This document shows, one piece after another, positions 1-11,806 of a DNA stretch of 64,000 bases. Position 1 is the first letter of the stretch; each line of letters opens with the position of its first letter. The stretch comes from Zancudomyces culisetae HAW-14-8 (Eukaryota; Fungi; Kickxellomycota): positions 1,178,001 to 1,242,000 of the forward strand of contig JBNJNM010000012.1 in the NCBI GenBank assembly GCA_052426225.1, in the 5' to 3' direction. The notes beneath the pieces were generated by a model. That model was not told where the DNA came from. It searched no databases and worked only from the letters and a program-made list of their open reading frames with translations. The position numbers and the translations under genes were made by a program.

Positions 1-35
1 TCTAACAAATGAAAAAAAGAAAATAAAGAGATCAA

Positions 36-2285
36 TTAGGCATCAATATGGTTGTAGTATCTGGGAAACAAGATAACGTCACGAATGCTACGCATTCCAG
101 TTATAAATTGGATGTACCGGTCAAATCCGATACCATATCCACCATGAGGGGTTGAGGAGAATCTGGCTAGGTCTAGGTACCAGTCCAGCGGTCGGTTAGG
201 AGTGCTTTTGACTGCATCGTTGGTTGTACCATTTCCACTAGCACTTTCACCATCTAGTGGAGGTGGTAGCTGTGAATATAATTCGTTCAACCGAGTTTCT
301 AAAACCACGGGATCGTCCTCACGCAAACTACCACCAGCCAGTTCACAAATATTTGGAACCAGCAAATCAAAGCACGAGGCAACCCTCTTAACATTATCAC
401 TATCATGGCTAGTAGTAGTAGTAGTTGTTGTTGTAGATGGTTCGGAGGTAATAGATGAAGAACCCAATTTCATATAAAAGGGTTTAATTTCGTACGGATA
501 GTCGTAGACAAAGACCGGACCCTTAAAGTACTCATTTGCCAAAAACGCTTCATGTTCTGTTTGTAGTGAATTTCCCCATTCCAACTTTGAACCTCCATAT
601 ACAAACTTGGTGCTGCGATTACCTTGGCTAGCATCGCGATCAGCACGCCGTAGAATTTCGAGTGCTTCGGCATAGGAGATTCGGGCAAAAGGTTTATCCA
701 AATGTTGGAATACATCGTAATCAAAATCAAATTCAGAACCAGAACTAGAACCAGAACTAGAGTCAGAGTCATTTGATAATAAAATATCCTTGTCCTTGTT
801 CTTGTTTTTTTCATCACCACTTCGACTGGTTTTGATTTTGTTTTTTACTTTATTTTTATTACTGATCCTATCGCTTCTGATTTTACGTAAAAATTCAAGT
901 TCAGCAGCACAAGTAGTTGCAATTTGCCTAGTAGTTTCAACAATAGCACGTTCTACAACATCCATTAGTTGAGAAATAGAGAATACAAACATTTGTTCAG
1001 CCTCCAACATCCAGAATTCAGCCAGGTGTCGACTGGTGACGCCTGTTTCTGCACGAAAGGCCGGGTTGAGTGTGTACACACGAGAATGGGCATGGGCCGC
1101 TGCTTCGAGATGTAGTTGACCGGAAACTGTTAGACTCGCACGTTTTGGACCAAAGAATTCTAGTTCGTTTGTTGATACTACTGGTTTTTCTAAACTGGAA
1201 GAAGAACGTTCAGGTTCAGGTTCAGGTTCAGGTGGTGATGTAGTAATGGAAAAGACTCCACCGCCTCCTTCACAATCATTTGTGGTTAGTAATGGAGTGT
1301 GTATTCGAATATACCCACTGCGAGCATAATGGGCGTGGAAGGCCTGTTCGGCAGCGCTACGAATATTCATTATAGAAGAATGGGTGGTTAATCGAGGACG
1401 AAGATGGGGAAACTGACGGGTATATTCAGCAGTCATGTATTTCTTTTGAAATGGATATCCCTAAAATTAAAAAAAATTAAAAAAAAAAAGTTACAATAAA
1501 TTATAATATTTTTAAATAGGATTTATAAAAAGACGAGTATTAATATGCTAATTTATTACAGTTGAATAGTTAGTTATTTTACCTCGGAATCAATTGCGTT
1601 TAATACAGATATTTCTTGAGCCATTAGTTCATAATTTTGTCCTTTACTTGGAGACTCTTGCAACTTGCCAGAAATACAAACAGCAACACCAGGGCGTAAA
1701 CTAAAAATTAGATATATATATATAGATATAGATAAATAAAAAGAGAGATAAAGATATATATATATATATGTACATATAAATATAAATATAAATATAAATA
1801 TAAATTTACTTTGGGTTTTCGACGAGAAGAATGGGATTATCAACAACAACTTGAAGACCTTCAAAGAGGGTTCCATCAATGACGTTGATAAAGGCTATAG
1901 CCTTTTGTTTGCGAAGGGATTTGACCCACCCATAAACATGAACAGTTGTGAGGTTTGTTTTAGTATCAATTTGGTTTTCAGGATTGAGAATTTGTCGAAT
2001 AGTTTTTATCTCGCGAGAGGCATGTATATTTGCGACATTGTTGTTTGAAGTTGGGTTTGAAGTTGAGTTTGGAGTTGGGTTTGAAGTTGAGTTTGAAGTT
2101 GAGTTTGAATTTTGGTTTGGGTTGAGAATTAAAGTTGAAGAGGAAAAGGGCTTGGAAAACTGATTGTTGATATACTTGATTTGACAGGCCTTTATCGCAG
2201 TTGCCAATGGTAGCGCTCGTAGGGAATTAAGGCTATTACATGATTTAAAGAGTCTTGGTGCTAGGGATTTGGTAGTTGTATACAT
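36..2285 (-). CDS. SLM5: Asparaginyl-tRNA synthetase, mitochondrial type (3 exons: 2285-1810, 1700-1583, 1460-36)
   Basis: Basic, acid-free N-terminal presequence; OB-fold (VYGWVKSLRKQKAIAFINVIDG); class II motifs LTVSGQLHLE, FRAE..SRHLAEFWMLEAE, PHGGYGIGFDR. GT-AG introns join the three ORF pieces in frame. Confidence 0.93.
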
Positions 2286-2741
2286 TTATGATTTGCTTTT
2301 TATATTTAGTTTAGTTTAAGTCTGTTAAAAAGATAATTATAATATAATATAAATGATTAAATGTTGATATTGATTCTGATTCTGACTCTGACTCTGATTC
2401 TGATATTCTTGATAATTGACAAATTGAAATTCCCCCCAATAAAAATAAAAAATAAAAAATAAAATAAAAACCCACTCCTACCCGTCAGTTTTTTTGCTTT
2501 TTTTATTTTATTTTTTGATTAATATTAAAGTACGAAATACGAAAAATTTGATAATATTATTCATTTATATTTACATTTAATTTCGTTTTTGAATGTAAAT
2601 ATAACGAACAAAAAAATTTTATTTTATACTAACAGCTTTTTTTATTATTTGTTTTTTCAACATTGTAAAAATACGTATTATAGACCAAGACAAATAAATA
2701 AGTAAATAAAAAGTTGTAAAGTGTATAAAGGATTTTCCAAG

Positions 2742-3316
2742 ATGAGGCTAGTAAGGCAAGTAAAGAAACAAAAAGAAAAGAAAAGAAAAACTCACCGATT
2801 ACCGATTACCTATTACCCATACAGATCATATATATAAATAAATAAATATATAAATAAATAAACCATACTAAATAATCAAAATGGGATTAAAACAAATTTT
2901 TTTTTAGGTTCTTGATGAAATTAAACAACGAAACCGTAACAATCGAACTCAAAAACAACACGATAGTTACGGGCACGATCAGCGGCGTCGACGTCAACAT
3001 GAACATCTCCCTCAAACGCGTACGCATGACCGTCCGCAACAACGAACCCGTCGCGCTCGATTCTATCTCCCTCCGTGGAAACACCATCCGATTCGTTCTG
3101 CTGCCCGATAGTATCCCCCTCGATACCTTGCTCATCGATGACCGCCCAAAGAAAAGCCTTGTCAGTGCCAATACCAGTGGTAGTGGTGGTCGTGGTGGTC
3201 CAAATTCTGGTTCTCGTATTGGTAAAGGTCGTGATGGAGGAGCTGGTGGTCCTGGTGGTGGTAGAGGTGGAAGAATGATGGGTAGAGGTCGTGGTAGAGG
3301 ACGAATTCGTCGTTAG
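2742..3316 (+). CDS. SMD1: Small nuclear ribonucleoprotein Sm D1 (exons 2742-2755, 2908-3316; GC-AG intron 2756-2907)
   Basis: Spliced product [21 protein letters not shown]...VDVNMN...[12 protein letters not shown] plus RG-rich tail matches SmD1. Donor AG|GCAAGT, acceptor TTTTTAG|G. Confidence 0.95.
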
Positions 3317-3493
3317 TTTTTATTATGCTCTTTCTTTTTTCTTTTCTCTTTTTTTTTTTAAATTTATTTATTTGCGTTTGTGAGTGTTTGTGTGTTTGTG
3401 TTTAAGTTTGTATAAAAACAAAAAGATATTCTTGTGTAATAATCAATTAATAAAAGTAGTAGTAAAAGTAAAAATACTAGTAAAATTATTTAT

Positions 3494-6400
3494 TTATAAA
3501 GAACCATTTTCGGTAGTAGTAGTAGTATTGGTAGTATCAGCAGCAGTAGCAGTAGTAGTATCGGTAATAGTAGTATTGGTGTTAGTATTAGTATTAGTAT
3601 TAGTGTTGGTGTTGGTGTTGGTGTTGGTGATAGTAGTGTCAAGAGGTAAAGCAAAATTGAGATTATTAGAAGGATGTTCCAAAATAGCACCATAAGATAA
3701 ACCATCAAGGTCAGACGACAAGGTATCAACAACCAACTTGTGCAACTCAACAGCATCATTGTAAACCATAGACCCTTCTTCATTATAAAGAGTGGCATTA
3801 GCAAACATTTGTTTCCAATCAGCATAAAACAACCGCAAGATTTGAGAATAACAATCATCCGAATCAACTAAACTAGAAGTGGAAGTAGAAGGAAGATAAG
3901 TCTTGGATAACAACTTGGAATCGGTCGGAGAATTAAACGCCAACGACAAAAACTTGAGTTTCCTCTTGATCTGCTTCATGGCTATTGGATACTTGATAAT
4001 CACATAGTAGTCAGGATACTCCCGCTTGTTGGGCAAATCAAGAAACAACTCACAAGTCTGCCGGTCGTACGAAGTATTAGACAAATAGTCAAAAGTCGAT
4101 GTGGAATGCGCAAGCACCTGGGAATAAACCTTGTTTGCTAGCGCAATGCATCGGGATTGTTGGTCGGAAGTAAGAGTCGTAAAAACCGATTTGGCCCGTT
4201 TTTGAGGCCTTGATTCTCCATCCGTTGGATCTTGTTCAACATTTTCGTAGTTTTTAGAATTGGAAAGAACAAGAGAATCCTTTTTAGGACGACCACGCTT
4301 TTTAGAAGAATTAATAGTTGTTGTTGTCGTTGTTGCTGTTGCTGTTGTTGCTGTTGTTGTTGTTGTTGTTGTAGCTGTTGTGTTGGTAGTAGAAGTAGAA
4401 GAAGAATGAAGAGATAAAGAAAGAGGAAGATTAGAAGTGTGAATGGGAGAATTAGAATTAGAATTAGAATTGAAATTAGAAGGTTGAGTAGATAATGATT
4501 CAAGATTTGTATTAGTATTTGAGTTGGCAGCTCTTTTAAGTCTTCGTTCGCGTTTCTTAGTAATAAGTTCTTGTAAATCAACATTATCATCTTCCAAAGC
4601 ATCCAGCCACTGTTCCTCAGTCAAACCATCATCATAATGCACAACTGCATGCTGCCGTCCACGCCGGCCACCGCGCTGCACCGACGCAAGCTCCATCACC
4701 TCATTCATGGCCTTTTGCCGCTCAGCTTCGGGATTATAGTCTTTCAAGTAATGCTTTGGCAGCTCGGAATCGACAATCAGACGCGACATGGTCTTCAACC
4801 CAAGCACAGCAAAGTCTTGCTTGTCGGAAATGGCACGCAAACGGTCAATTTCACCAAACTGCGCCAACTCAGCCTCGCTCCGAGCCAGCAACACATTGAG
4901 GTTGGGATCAGATATCTCGTCCTCCTCCTCATTCTCCTCCTCATTGTCATTGTCTTCATTGTCATCCTGCGACGTGTTTGCGGGAGTCGACTGCGTATCG
5001 TCATCCTTCAACAAACTACGAAGGAACCGCTCTCGCTCTTCGGCAGTCGACTTGTTATCGAATTTTCCAGCCTGAATCACCTTGCCGTCAATATCCAACT
5101 TGTACTGGGCACGCTGCAGTATGGTTTCTTCAACCGAGTTGCGAGTAATCAGCCGCAGAATCTTGACTTCGTTCTTTTGGCCAATACGATGGGCTCGGTC
5201 TTGTGCCTGCAAGTCCTGGTGAGGATTCCAATCACTGTCAAAGATTATCACTGTATCAGCCGTCTGCAAATTAAGCCCCTGTCCTCCCGCCCGGGTCGAC
5301 AGCAAGAACACCTTGATGTCCGGATCTGTATTAAACATGCGCATATGCTCGCGCCGCACATCGTCAGACGTCGACCCATCCAGCCGCAACGTGCGAATTC
5401 CTCGCCACGACAAGAAATCCTCCATAATCGTCATGACCTGCGTCATCTGGAAAAAGATCAGAATCTTGTGGCCCGTCGCTATCAGCTTGGGAACAATTCG
5501 ATCCAACAACTCAAACTTGCCACTCGCTCTAAACAGCTGCGCATTGTTGTACCGCTGCGGATTAATCGCATTCTCCACACTCTCATATACAAACGGATGG
5601 TTGCATATCTTGCGCAACTGCATAATCGTATTGTTCAGCCCCATAATCCCCGACGTCTTCACCGCTGCCTCGTTCTCCACATCTGCAAACAACGCCCCAA
5701 ACTTCCGCATCTGCGTATACAGCCGCGCCTGCAGCCCCGACATCTTGCACCGCACCACATGCTCCACCTTGTCCGGCAAATCACTCTCCACATCCTTCTT
5801 CAGCCGCCGCAACAAAAACGGCCGTAGCACCTTATGCAGCCGCCGAATAATCAACAGCTGCTCCTCCTCATTCAGCTCCAGCCGCCCATCCGCCGCCGCT
5901 GCCCCCGCCCCCGTCCCTGTCGCCACTCCCGCAAACGGCGCATTGAACCACTCATCAAAACTCTTCACACTGTTGAATATGTGTGGCAGTATAAAATTCA
6001 ACAACGCCCACAGCTCTGGCAAATTGTTCTGCAGCGGTGTCCCCGTCAGAATCAGCCTATACCGCGTCGTATAGTACTGCGTCAGTGTCACTGCAAGCTT
6101 TGAATTCACATTCTTCATCCTATGCCCCTCGTCTATTATCATATGCACCCACTTTATCTTGCTCAGCACCAATCGGTCCCGTATCACATAATCATACGTC
6201 GTCAACACCACATTAAACGTCGCCCGCTTATAATACTGCCCCAACTCCCGCCGCTGCTGCGGTGTTCCTTTATGACACACCGTCACCACCCCCGGCGCCC
6301 ACTTCTCAAACTCTTGCACCCAATTCGTTATCGTCGACAACGGCACTATCACCAAAAACGGCCCGCTCTGCTGCTTCCTCTCTATCAAATACGTCACCAG

Positions 6401-8410
6401 CGATATCGTCTGTATCGTCTTTCCCAATCCCATCTCGTCTGCCAATATCCCATTCAGTCGGTTGTTATACAATGATACCATCCACTCCAACCCTCGTAGC
6501 TGGTACTCCTTCAGCTGCCCCCCTACCAACATCTCTGGCTGCTCCTCCACCTTCTCTTGTATTCGATGTGAAATCCCATAATAATCCCGATTGTCCACAT
6601 CTTCCTCTCCCCCTCCTCCCTCTTCCTCTATTATTTCTCCCATCTCTTCCCCATTTCCAACCTCTTCTTCCTCTTCTTCTTCATCTCCTGCTCCTCGTCT
6701 TCCTCCTCCTCGTCTTTTCCCTTCCATTATCACCGATTTCTGTTGTACTTGTACTGCCGCCACCAACGATTCCAAATACTTGTTGGTCTGCTGCAATAAA
6801 TGCGTAATTCTCGTCTCCTTTGTTTGATCTATCAGCTTCAAATACGCATCTTCATCATCCGCCTTCAACGCCTGCAATCTCTCCCGCGATAATCTCTCTT
6901 GTCGCTTCACCTCCTCCCGCTCCAAATGCTGGTGTAGTTGCTGCACCTGCTTGCCCACCCGACTCATCCGGATGCTCTGTGCCCGCTGCCACCCCACCAA
7001 CTCCCGCCCATGCCCCACTATCCTCCCCAACTCGCTACTATGCTGCTCCCGCGTTCGCCGTGCCTGCTCCTCCCGCTGCTGCTTCTCTTGTCTCTCCACC
7101 TCCCGCGCCTCCCGATAACTTTGTCGCTTGCCCCGCCGCAACTGGCTGCGCTCCAAACTACCCGCCACCTCTATCCCTTGCCTCATTCCCGCAATCATCA
7201 CCCGCCGTAACTGCCTTTGTCTTTCCATCATCCCCAAACTCTTCTCCGCTATAATCCGCTTCACATCTATCTCTTTCCCCTCTTGCATCGCTTGCTGCTG
7301 TTGCTGCTGCCGCCTCCTCTCCACTTGTGCCGCCTCCCGTCGCTTTTGCTCTGCAAGCATCTCTCCCAAATCCAACCCCCCTGGCGTCAGACTCGGTACC
7401 AATATCGTGTGGATTCGTCCCTCTCCCTCCCCCATCTTCTTTTCAAGCAGCTTGATTGCATCTACTATCTTGTACTCCTCCACCTCCCGCCGCATCTCCT
7501 CTATTATCTCCTCTCCTATCCCCTTTCTCTCCCCTTCCCCTCCCCCTTCCCCTTTTCCCCATATCTCTCTCTTCATCGTCTCTGGTATCTCTTTACTCTG
7601 TGAAAGCATTTTATACGCCCCTATTTGCGTCTTCAGTTGCTTCACTTGCTGCTCTCGTCTACTTCTCCTTTCCTCCTCACTCTCTAATCCTCTCTCTCCT
7701 ACCTCCTCCTCATCTTCTACATACATCCTCTTTCCTTCTTCTGTATATGGAACTTGTTGATTACGAATCTGCTCCTCTTCCCTCCCCCTTTCCTGTTCTT
7801 GTCTCGCAATCTGCTCTTGTAAATGTTTATACTCTTGCGCCTGTAATTGTACTTGTTGTTGTACTTGCACCTGCTGTTGTTGTACCTGCTGTAATTGTAC
7901 TTGCGCCTGTTGCTGTTGTACTTGTTGTAATTGTACTTGTTGTTGTACTTGCGCTTGTTGTTGTTGTTGTTGTTGTTGCTGTTGAATCCGCTGTTGTTGC
8001 TGTTGCTGGTGTAGACTACATATCTTTAAAAACTCCACCAACTTTCGTAACTCTGCATTATTTTCCTCTGTCTCTCCACGTGATTTCAGTTGCTTCACCA
8101 ACTGCACCACCTTCAACACCTTCTCCATCGTCACACCTGGCATAATCTCCTGCGCTAGATTTACGCCTCCCCCAGGATGTCCCCCATGTGAAGACCCTAC
8201 TCCTACATTTCCACTTGTCCCCGCTCCTGCACTTATGGTTGTTCTCATCCCCACGCCTCCTCCCATCCCCACTCCTCCTCCTCCTCCTCCTCCTCCTCCT
8301 CCTCCTCCGTTGCTGCTTCCCACCCCTGGATTCATCATCTCTGTATTACCATACCCGTTATTATCGACACTCTTTGCCCTCTCTGTTGCTGTACTATTAA
8401 TCTGTGCCAT
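3494..8410 (-). CDS. SNF2: SWI/SNF-RSC chromatin-remodelling ATPase (Snf2/Sth1/Snf21 family), intronless
   Basis: QLQ-like segment, HSA region, ATPase motifs GILADEMGLGKT, IIDEGHR, LTGTPLQN, LLSTRAGGQGLNLQ, QAQDRAHRIGQ; SnAC region, AT-hook KKRGRPKK, bromodomain (FLDLP..REYPDYY..IKYPI; NATLYNEEGS). Snf2 versus Sth1 orthology not resolved. Confidence 0.95.
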   Translation of the reverse strand: MAQINSTATERAKSVDNNGYGNTEMMNPGVGSSNGGGGGGGGGGGGVGMGGGVGMRTTISAGAGTSGNVGVGSSHGGHPGGGVNLAQEIMPGVTMEKVLKVVQLVKQLKSRGETEENNAELRKLVEFLKICSLHQQQQQQRIQQQQQQQQQQAQVQQQVQLQQVQQQQAQVQLQQVQQQQVQVQQQVQLQAQEYKHLQEQIARQEQERGREEEQIRNQQVPYTEEGKRMYVEDEEEVGERGLESEEERRSRREQQVKQLKTQIGAYKMLSQSKEIPETMKREIWGKGEGGGEGERKGIGEEIIEEMRREVEEYKIVDAIKLLEKKMGEGEGRIHTILVPSLTPGGLDLGEMLAEQKRREAAQVERRRQQQQQQAMQEGKEIDVKRIIAEKSLGMMERQRQLRRVMIAGMRQGIEVAGSLERSQLRRGKRQSYREAREVERQEKQQREEQARRTREQHSSELGRIVGHGRELVGWQRAQSIRMSRVGKQVQQLHQHLEREEVKRQERLSRERLQALKADDEDAYLKLIDQTKETRITHLLQQTNKYLESLVAAVQVQQKSVIMEGKRRGGGRRGAGDEEEEEEEVGNGEEMGEIIEEEGGGGEEDVDNRDYYGISHRIQEKVEEQPEMLVGGQLKEYQLRGLEWMVSLYNNRLNGILADEMGLGKTIQTISLVTYLIERKQQSGPFLVIVPLSTITNWVQEFEKWAPGVVTVCHKGTPQQRRELGQYYKRATFNVVLTTYDYVIRDRLVLSKIKWVHMIIDEGHRMKNVNSKLAVTLTQYYTTRYRLILTGTPLQNNLPELWALLNFILPHIFNSVKSFDEWFNAPFAGVATGTGAGAAAADGRLELNEEEQLLIIRRLHKVLRPFLLRRLKKDVESDLPDKVEHVVRCKMSGLQARLYTQMRKFGALFADVENEAAVKTSGIMGLNNTIMQLRKICNHPFVYESVENAINPQRYNNAQLFRASGKFELLDRIVPKLIATGHKILIFFQMTQVMTIMEDFLSWRGIRTLRLDGSTSDDVRREHMRMFNTDPDIKVFLLSTRAGGQGLNLQTADTVIIFDSDWNPHQDLQAQDRAHRIGQKNEVKILRLITRNSVEETILQRAQYKLDIDGKVIQAGKFDNKSTAEERERFLRSLLKDDDTQSTPANTSQDDNEDNDNEEENEEEDEISDPNLNVLLARSEAELAQFGEIDRLRAISDKQDFAVLGLKTMSRLIVDSELPKHYLKDYNPEAERQKAMNEVMELASVQRGGRRGRQHAVVHYDDGLTEEQWLDALEDDNVDLQELITKKRERRLKRAANSNTNTNLESLSTQPSNFNSNSNSNSPIHTSNLPLSLSLHSSSTSTTNTTATTTTTTTATTATATTTTTTINSSKKRGRPKKDSLVLSNSKNYENVEQDPTDGESRPQKRAKSVFTTLTSDQQSRCIALANKVYSQVLAHSTSTFDYLSNTSYDRQTCELFLDLPNKREYPDYYVIIKYPIAMKQIKRKLKFLSLAFNSPTDSKLLSKTYLPSTSTSSLVDSDDCYSQILRLFYADWKQMFANATLYNEEGSMVYNDAVELHKLVVDTLSSDLDGLSYGAILEHPSNNLNFALPLDTTITNTNTNTNTNTNTNTNTNTTITDTTTATAADTTNTTTTTENGSL

Positions 8411-10195
8411 TTGTTTTCCTTTTTCTTTTTCTTTTCTTTTTATACCTTACTTTACATTTACTCTTTTTTATATATTATAGTTGTTGTTATTAATATTGGT
8501 ATTATTTACAATTGATTCCTATTTCTGTTTCCCACTCGTTTCTTATTCAAAACCAGATTGTAATTCCAAGATGGATTCTTGGTTCTACTCTAAATTCTAA
8601 TTTTAAATTTATTACTAGTAAATCTATCCAAATCCAAATTCAACAATATACTACGACTTTGTTTTTTGGTGCTTTTTGGTGTTTTTTTTATTTTGTGTTA
8701 TTATTTTATTGTATTTTTTTTTTTTTGCTGTGTTCCTGACTTGATATATCCTATCCTATCCAAGCAAAAACAAAATAAAACAAAATAAAAGCCTACTTTT
8801 TGTTTCTCTTTTTGTCGCGTTATTTGTTTATTTATTTATTTATTTACTTTATTTATTTTTTCAGCCTTGTCTTGTCTTGACTAGTCTTTTATTGTATTGT
8901 CTACTCTTGTATTGACTTTTCTTTTCTACGTTTTGGCCTCGTTAGTTGATACTTTTCTTTTTTTAAATTTTGTTTGTTTTTTTTTTCGGTTCAAAAATAT
9001 AATAAAATGTAATAGTGATGGCCCAAAAAAAAAATTTAATAAAAATGTTGAATTTTAGAAACTCAAATCTCTCTCTTTTTCTTTTCTTTTTTCCCTTCTA
9101 TAGCCTAGTTTGTATTCTAAAATTGCATTTTTGTCCATATGTTTATATATTTACCTAGAGATTTTGACAAATAATATTCGAGAATTTCTTTACTATTACC
9201 CGATAATAAAAAAAATTTTTTACTATATTTTACAACTGGCTACTTTTATATTTTATGCAAATTATTAACAAGGTTATTTTTTTAATTCAAATTTGTAAAG
9301 AAAGAAAAAATCACTAATTAGTATTTCTTACACTCTCCCAGTCTCTCTCCACCTCCCCCCCTTCTCCCCCCCTCCACACTCTCTCCCAGACTAAATGCAA
9401 TTACGTTTAACCGTGTCACTAATTTTTGTGAGTGTATTTTATTTTTTCTGATTATTAATGATTTTTCTTGTTTTCTACCAATAAAACTTGCACCCCTTGG
9501 CATTTTTTATTTTCCAATTTTTATCATTAATTTTCCTGCTTTTTTTTTACTTTTTCTATTTGTTTTAGATTCATTTATCCAATTAAAATATCATCAATCC
9601 TCGTATATTTCCTCTATATTCCTCCTGTTTTTTCTTTTTCTTTTTTGTTTTGTTTTGGCTAAAATATTTCCTGTATTTTCCAATCAATCACCAAGACCCT
9701 CCCCACTCCCTTTCCCACTTGCTTTCCCAAGTATTTTCCTTATATTGATCAAAAACATTTAATTCCAATACTCCAATATTTACAAACCACTACTAAATCG
9801 TTTTTTTTGACTTGTGTTATATATCAAACAAACTCGCAACAAAACATTCTCCAAACTTTTTCGCGTTTTTGTGTTTTGTGTTTTGTGTTTGTGTTTTTGA
9901 TCTCAGTTTAATCCTTACGTGTACTTTCCAAAAAATAAAAATAAAAAAGCCAAACCCTAAACCAACTCCACAATCGCAATCGCTACTGAAATTTGATCAA
10001 TTTAAACCAAGATATTTAATTAATTATAGATGTTCACCCATATCTCTCACATTTTATATTTTATTAGAATATATAATCTACAAAAAGTACCAACAATCAA
10101 TGATTATATCTTTAAAACCCACAAATTCCAAAAAAAAAACGTTCTGTCTTTTGGTGGGGGTGATGGTGGGGAGAGGGCACCATGTACCGCTTGTG

Positions 10196-11806
10196 TTATT
10201 TTGAATAGCATCGCTGTTCAATTTTTACAAACTCTTCGCTAGGCTGCGTAAATTTTGACTTTTCAATACTCAATGGAAATTCCTTGCCTATTATATACAC
10301 CTTGTTTTTGCTACCTGCCTCCAACTCTTCAACCCCTAGATTATCGATGTAGCTCCCAAATAAATACCCTGTCATATACGCATCAATCGCCGAGTAATGA
10401 CTCGAATCGCTCTTACTGCCACTACCATCATCATCATCATCATCATCTACACTACTACCATTGCCAACACCACTCTCCGCTTCTTTATTCTTCCTCACTA
10501 ATGCTGGTACCATTACATCCACTATATGCTTTACATCATGTGAATTGCTGCATTCTCTGCCCAGGCGGCAATACCCGTGCTTGTAGTATGTCTCACAAAC
10601 ATCGCTCCTTAAATCCAATCGTCTTTTTTTGTTAGCAGACAGTGCAACCGTTGGCAACTTGATCTCGTCCATAATTCTGGTATCTATCAGCCCCTTCCGG
10701 CTACTCACCTCGTACAAATATGACAAGTATGTGATATTGTCACGCGTCTTGTACTCTGAAATATACTTCGTATCATACACACTTGTCTTTCCCCCCTCGT
10801 CAATACCAGAACCAGCCTCTTCCTCTTTTTCTATTATCCCATTCTTTCCCACCTTGATATCCTCGACAAAATAGCTTAGATTCGCCACAAACTTGGATAT
10901 CGACTCTGGTAGCCCCTTATACACAATGTTATATATATACATCAAATCCAATAGACCATTATGAACCACTATCTTCCTACCCCTCTTTCCCAACTTACCA
11001 CCACCACTCGAAATTACATATCTCAATAAATGCCGAAGTATTCTTCCATCATTGAACTCCTCATGTTTTGGTCTTTTGACTTCCCGCTTTTTAGACACAA
11101 ATTTTCGCTTGTTGCCGTCGCTATTTACCCCATCGTTTTCAGCACCGCCAACCACATATCCCTGCGATCCGTTCTGTTCTTGTTCCTGACCTTGCTCCCA
11201 CAACCTCCCCACACTAGAGTACCGTATTCCCTTTTTAACTTGCAAATTGAAATCATACCCATTCGACGCCAAAAACTCCAAACTCCCGGGATTCACCAAG
11301 TGCGAATCCTGACAATGCAGTACAAAATAGAAATTGTTGACATTATATTTTTTAGATCTGTGTTCCACAACTTGTCCCTCCTCACCCTTCTCTTCTTCGT
11401 TCGCATTTATTCTTTCTTTTTTGGCCTCGGGATTGGCTTCACAAAAGATGCTTACACCAATTGATACTACGGCATGTGTTCTAACCATTTTTTTCAGCGC
11501 AAGATATCTTGTGCTCAGATCCCTATTAATACATTTCATTTAAATTGTTTTTTTTTTCCTTTTCTTCTTTGTGCATTTTTGTGTAAATATTTTGTAAATG
11601 TTTAAAATTGTATAATCTTACCTTTCTCTAGTGTTCCATTTTCTAAAATCAAATCCGAAATCATCGGCCAAATTCTGCAAATTTAACCCTGTAAACTCTG
11701 TATCTATGGCTACAAACGAGCTTCTATCAACAAGCTGCTTGAATATCACCGAGAGCTTGCCTATATTATCCCTGGTGATTGTATTGTATGTTATTTGTGC
11801 ATCCAT
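10196..11806 (-). CDS. TOE1: CAF1-family DEDD deadenylase with CCCH zinc finger, TOE1-like (exons 11806-11622, 11522-10196)
   Basis: FVAIDTEFTGL, SLEFLASNGYDFN, VVHNGLLDL, YDTKYI, CCCH finger C-x8-C-x5-C-x3-H (CETYYKHGYCRLGRECSNSH), HYSAIDAYMTGY. The intron joins in frame (NTRER|DLSTRY). Confidence 0.85.

Noticed and set aside
4637-8145. Long + strand ORFs (396, 253, 229, 210 aa) opposite SNF2
   Set aside because: Antisense shadows produced by the skewed codon usage; low complexity, no motifs.
9952-9963. AAACCCTAAACC telomere-like or template-like motif
   Set aside because: Single copy in a C/A-skewed spacer with no supporting structure.
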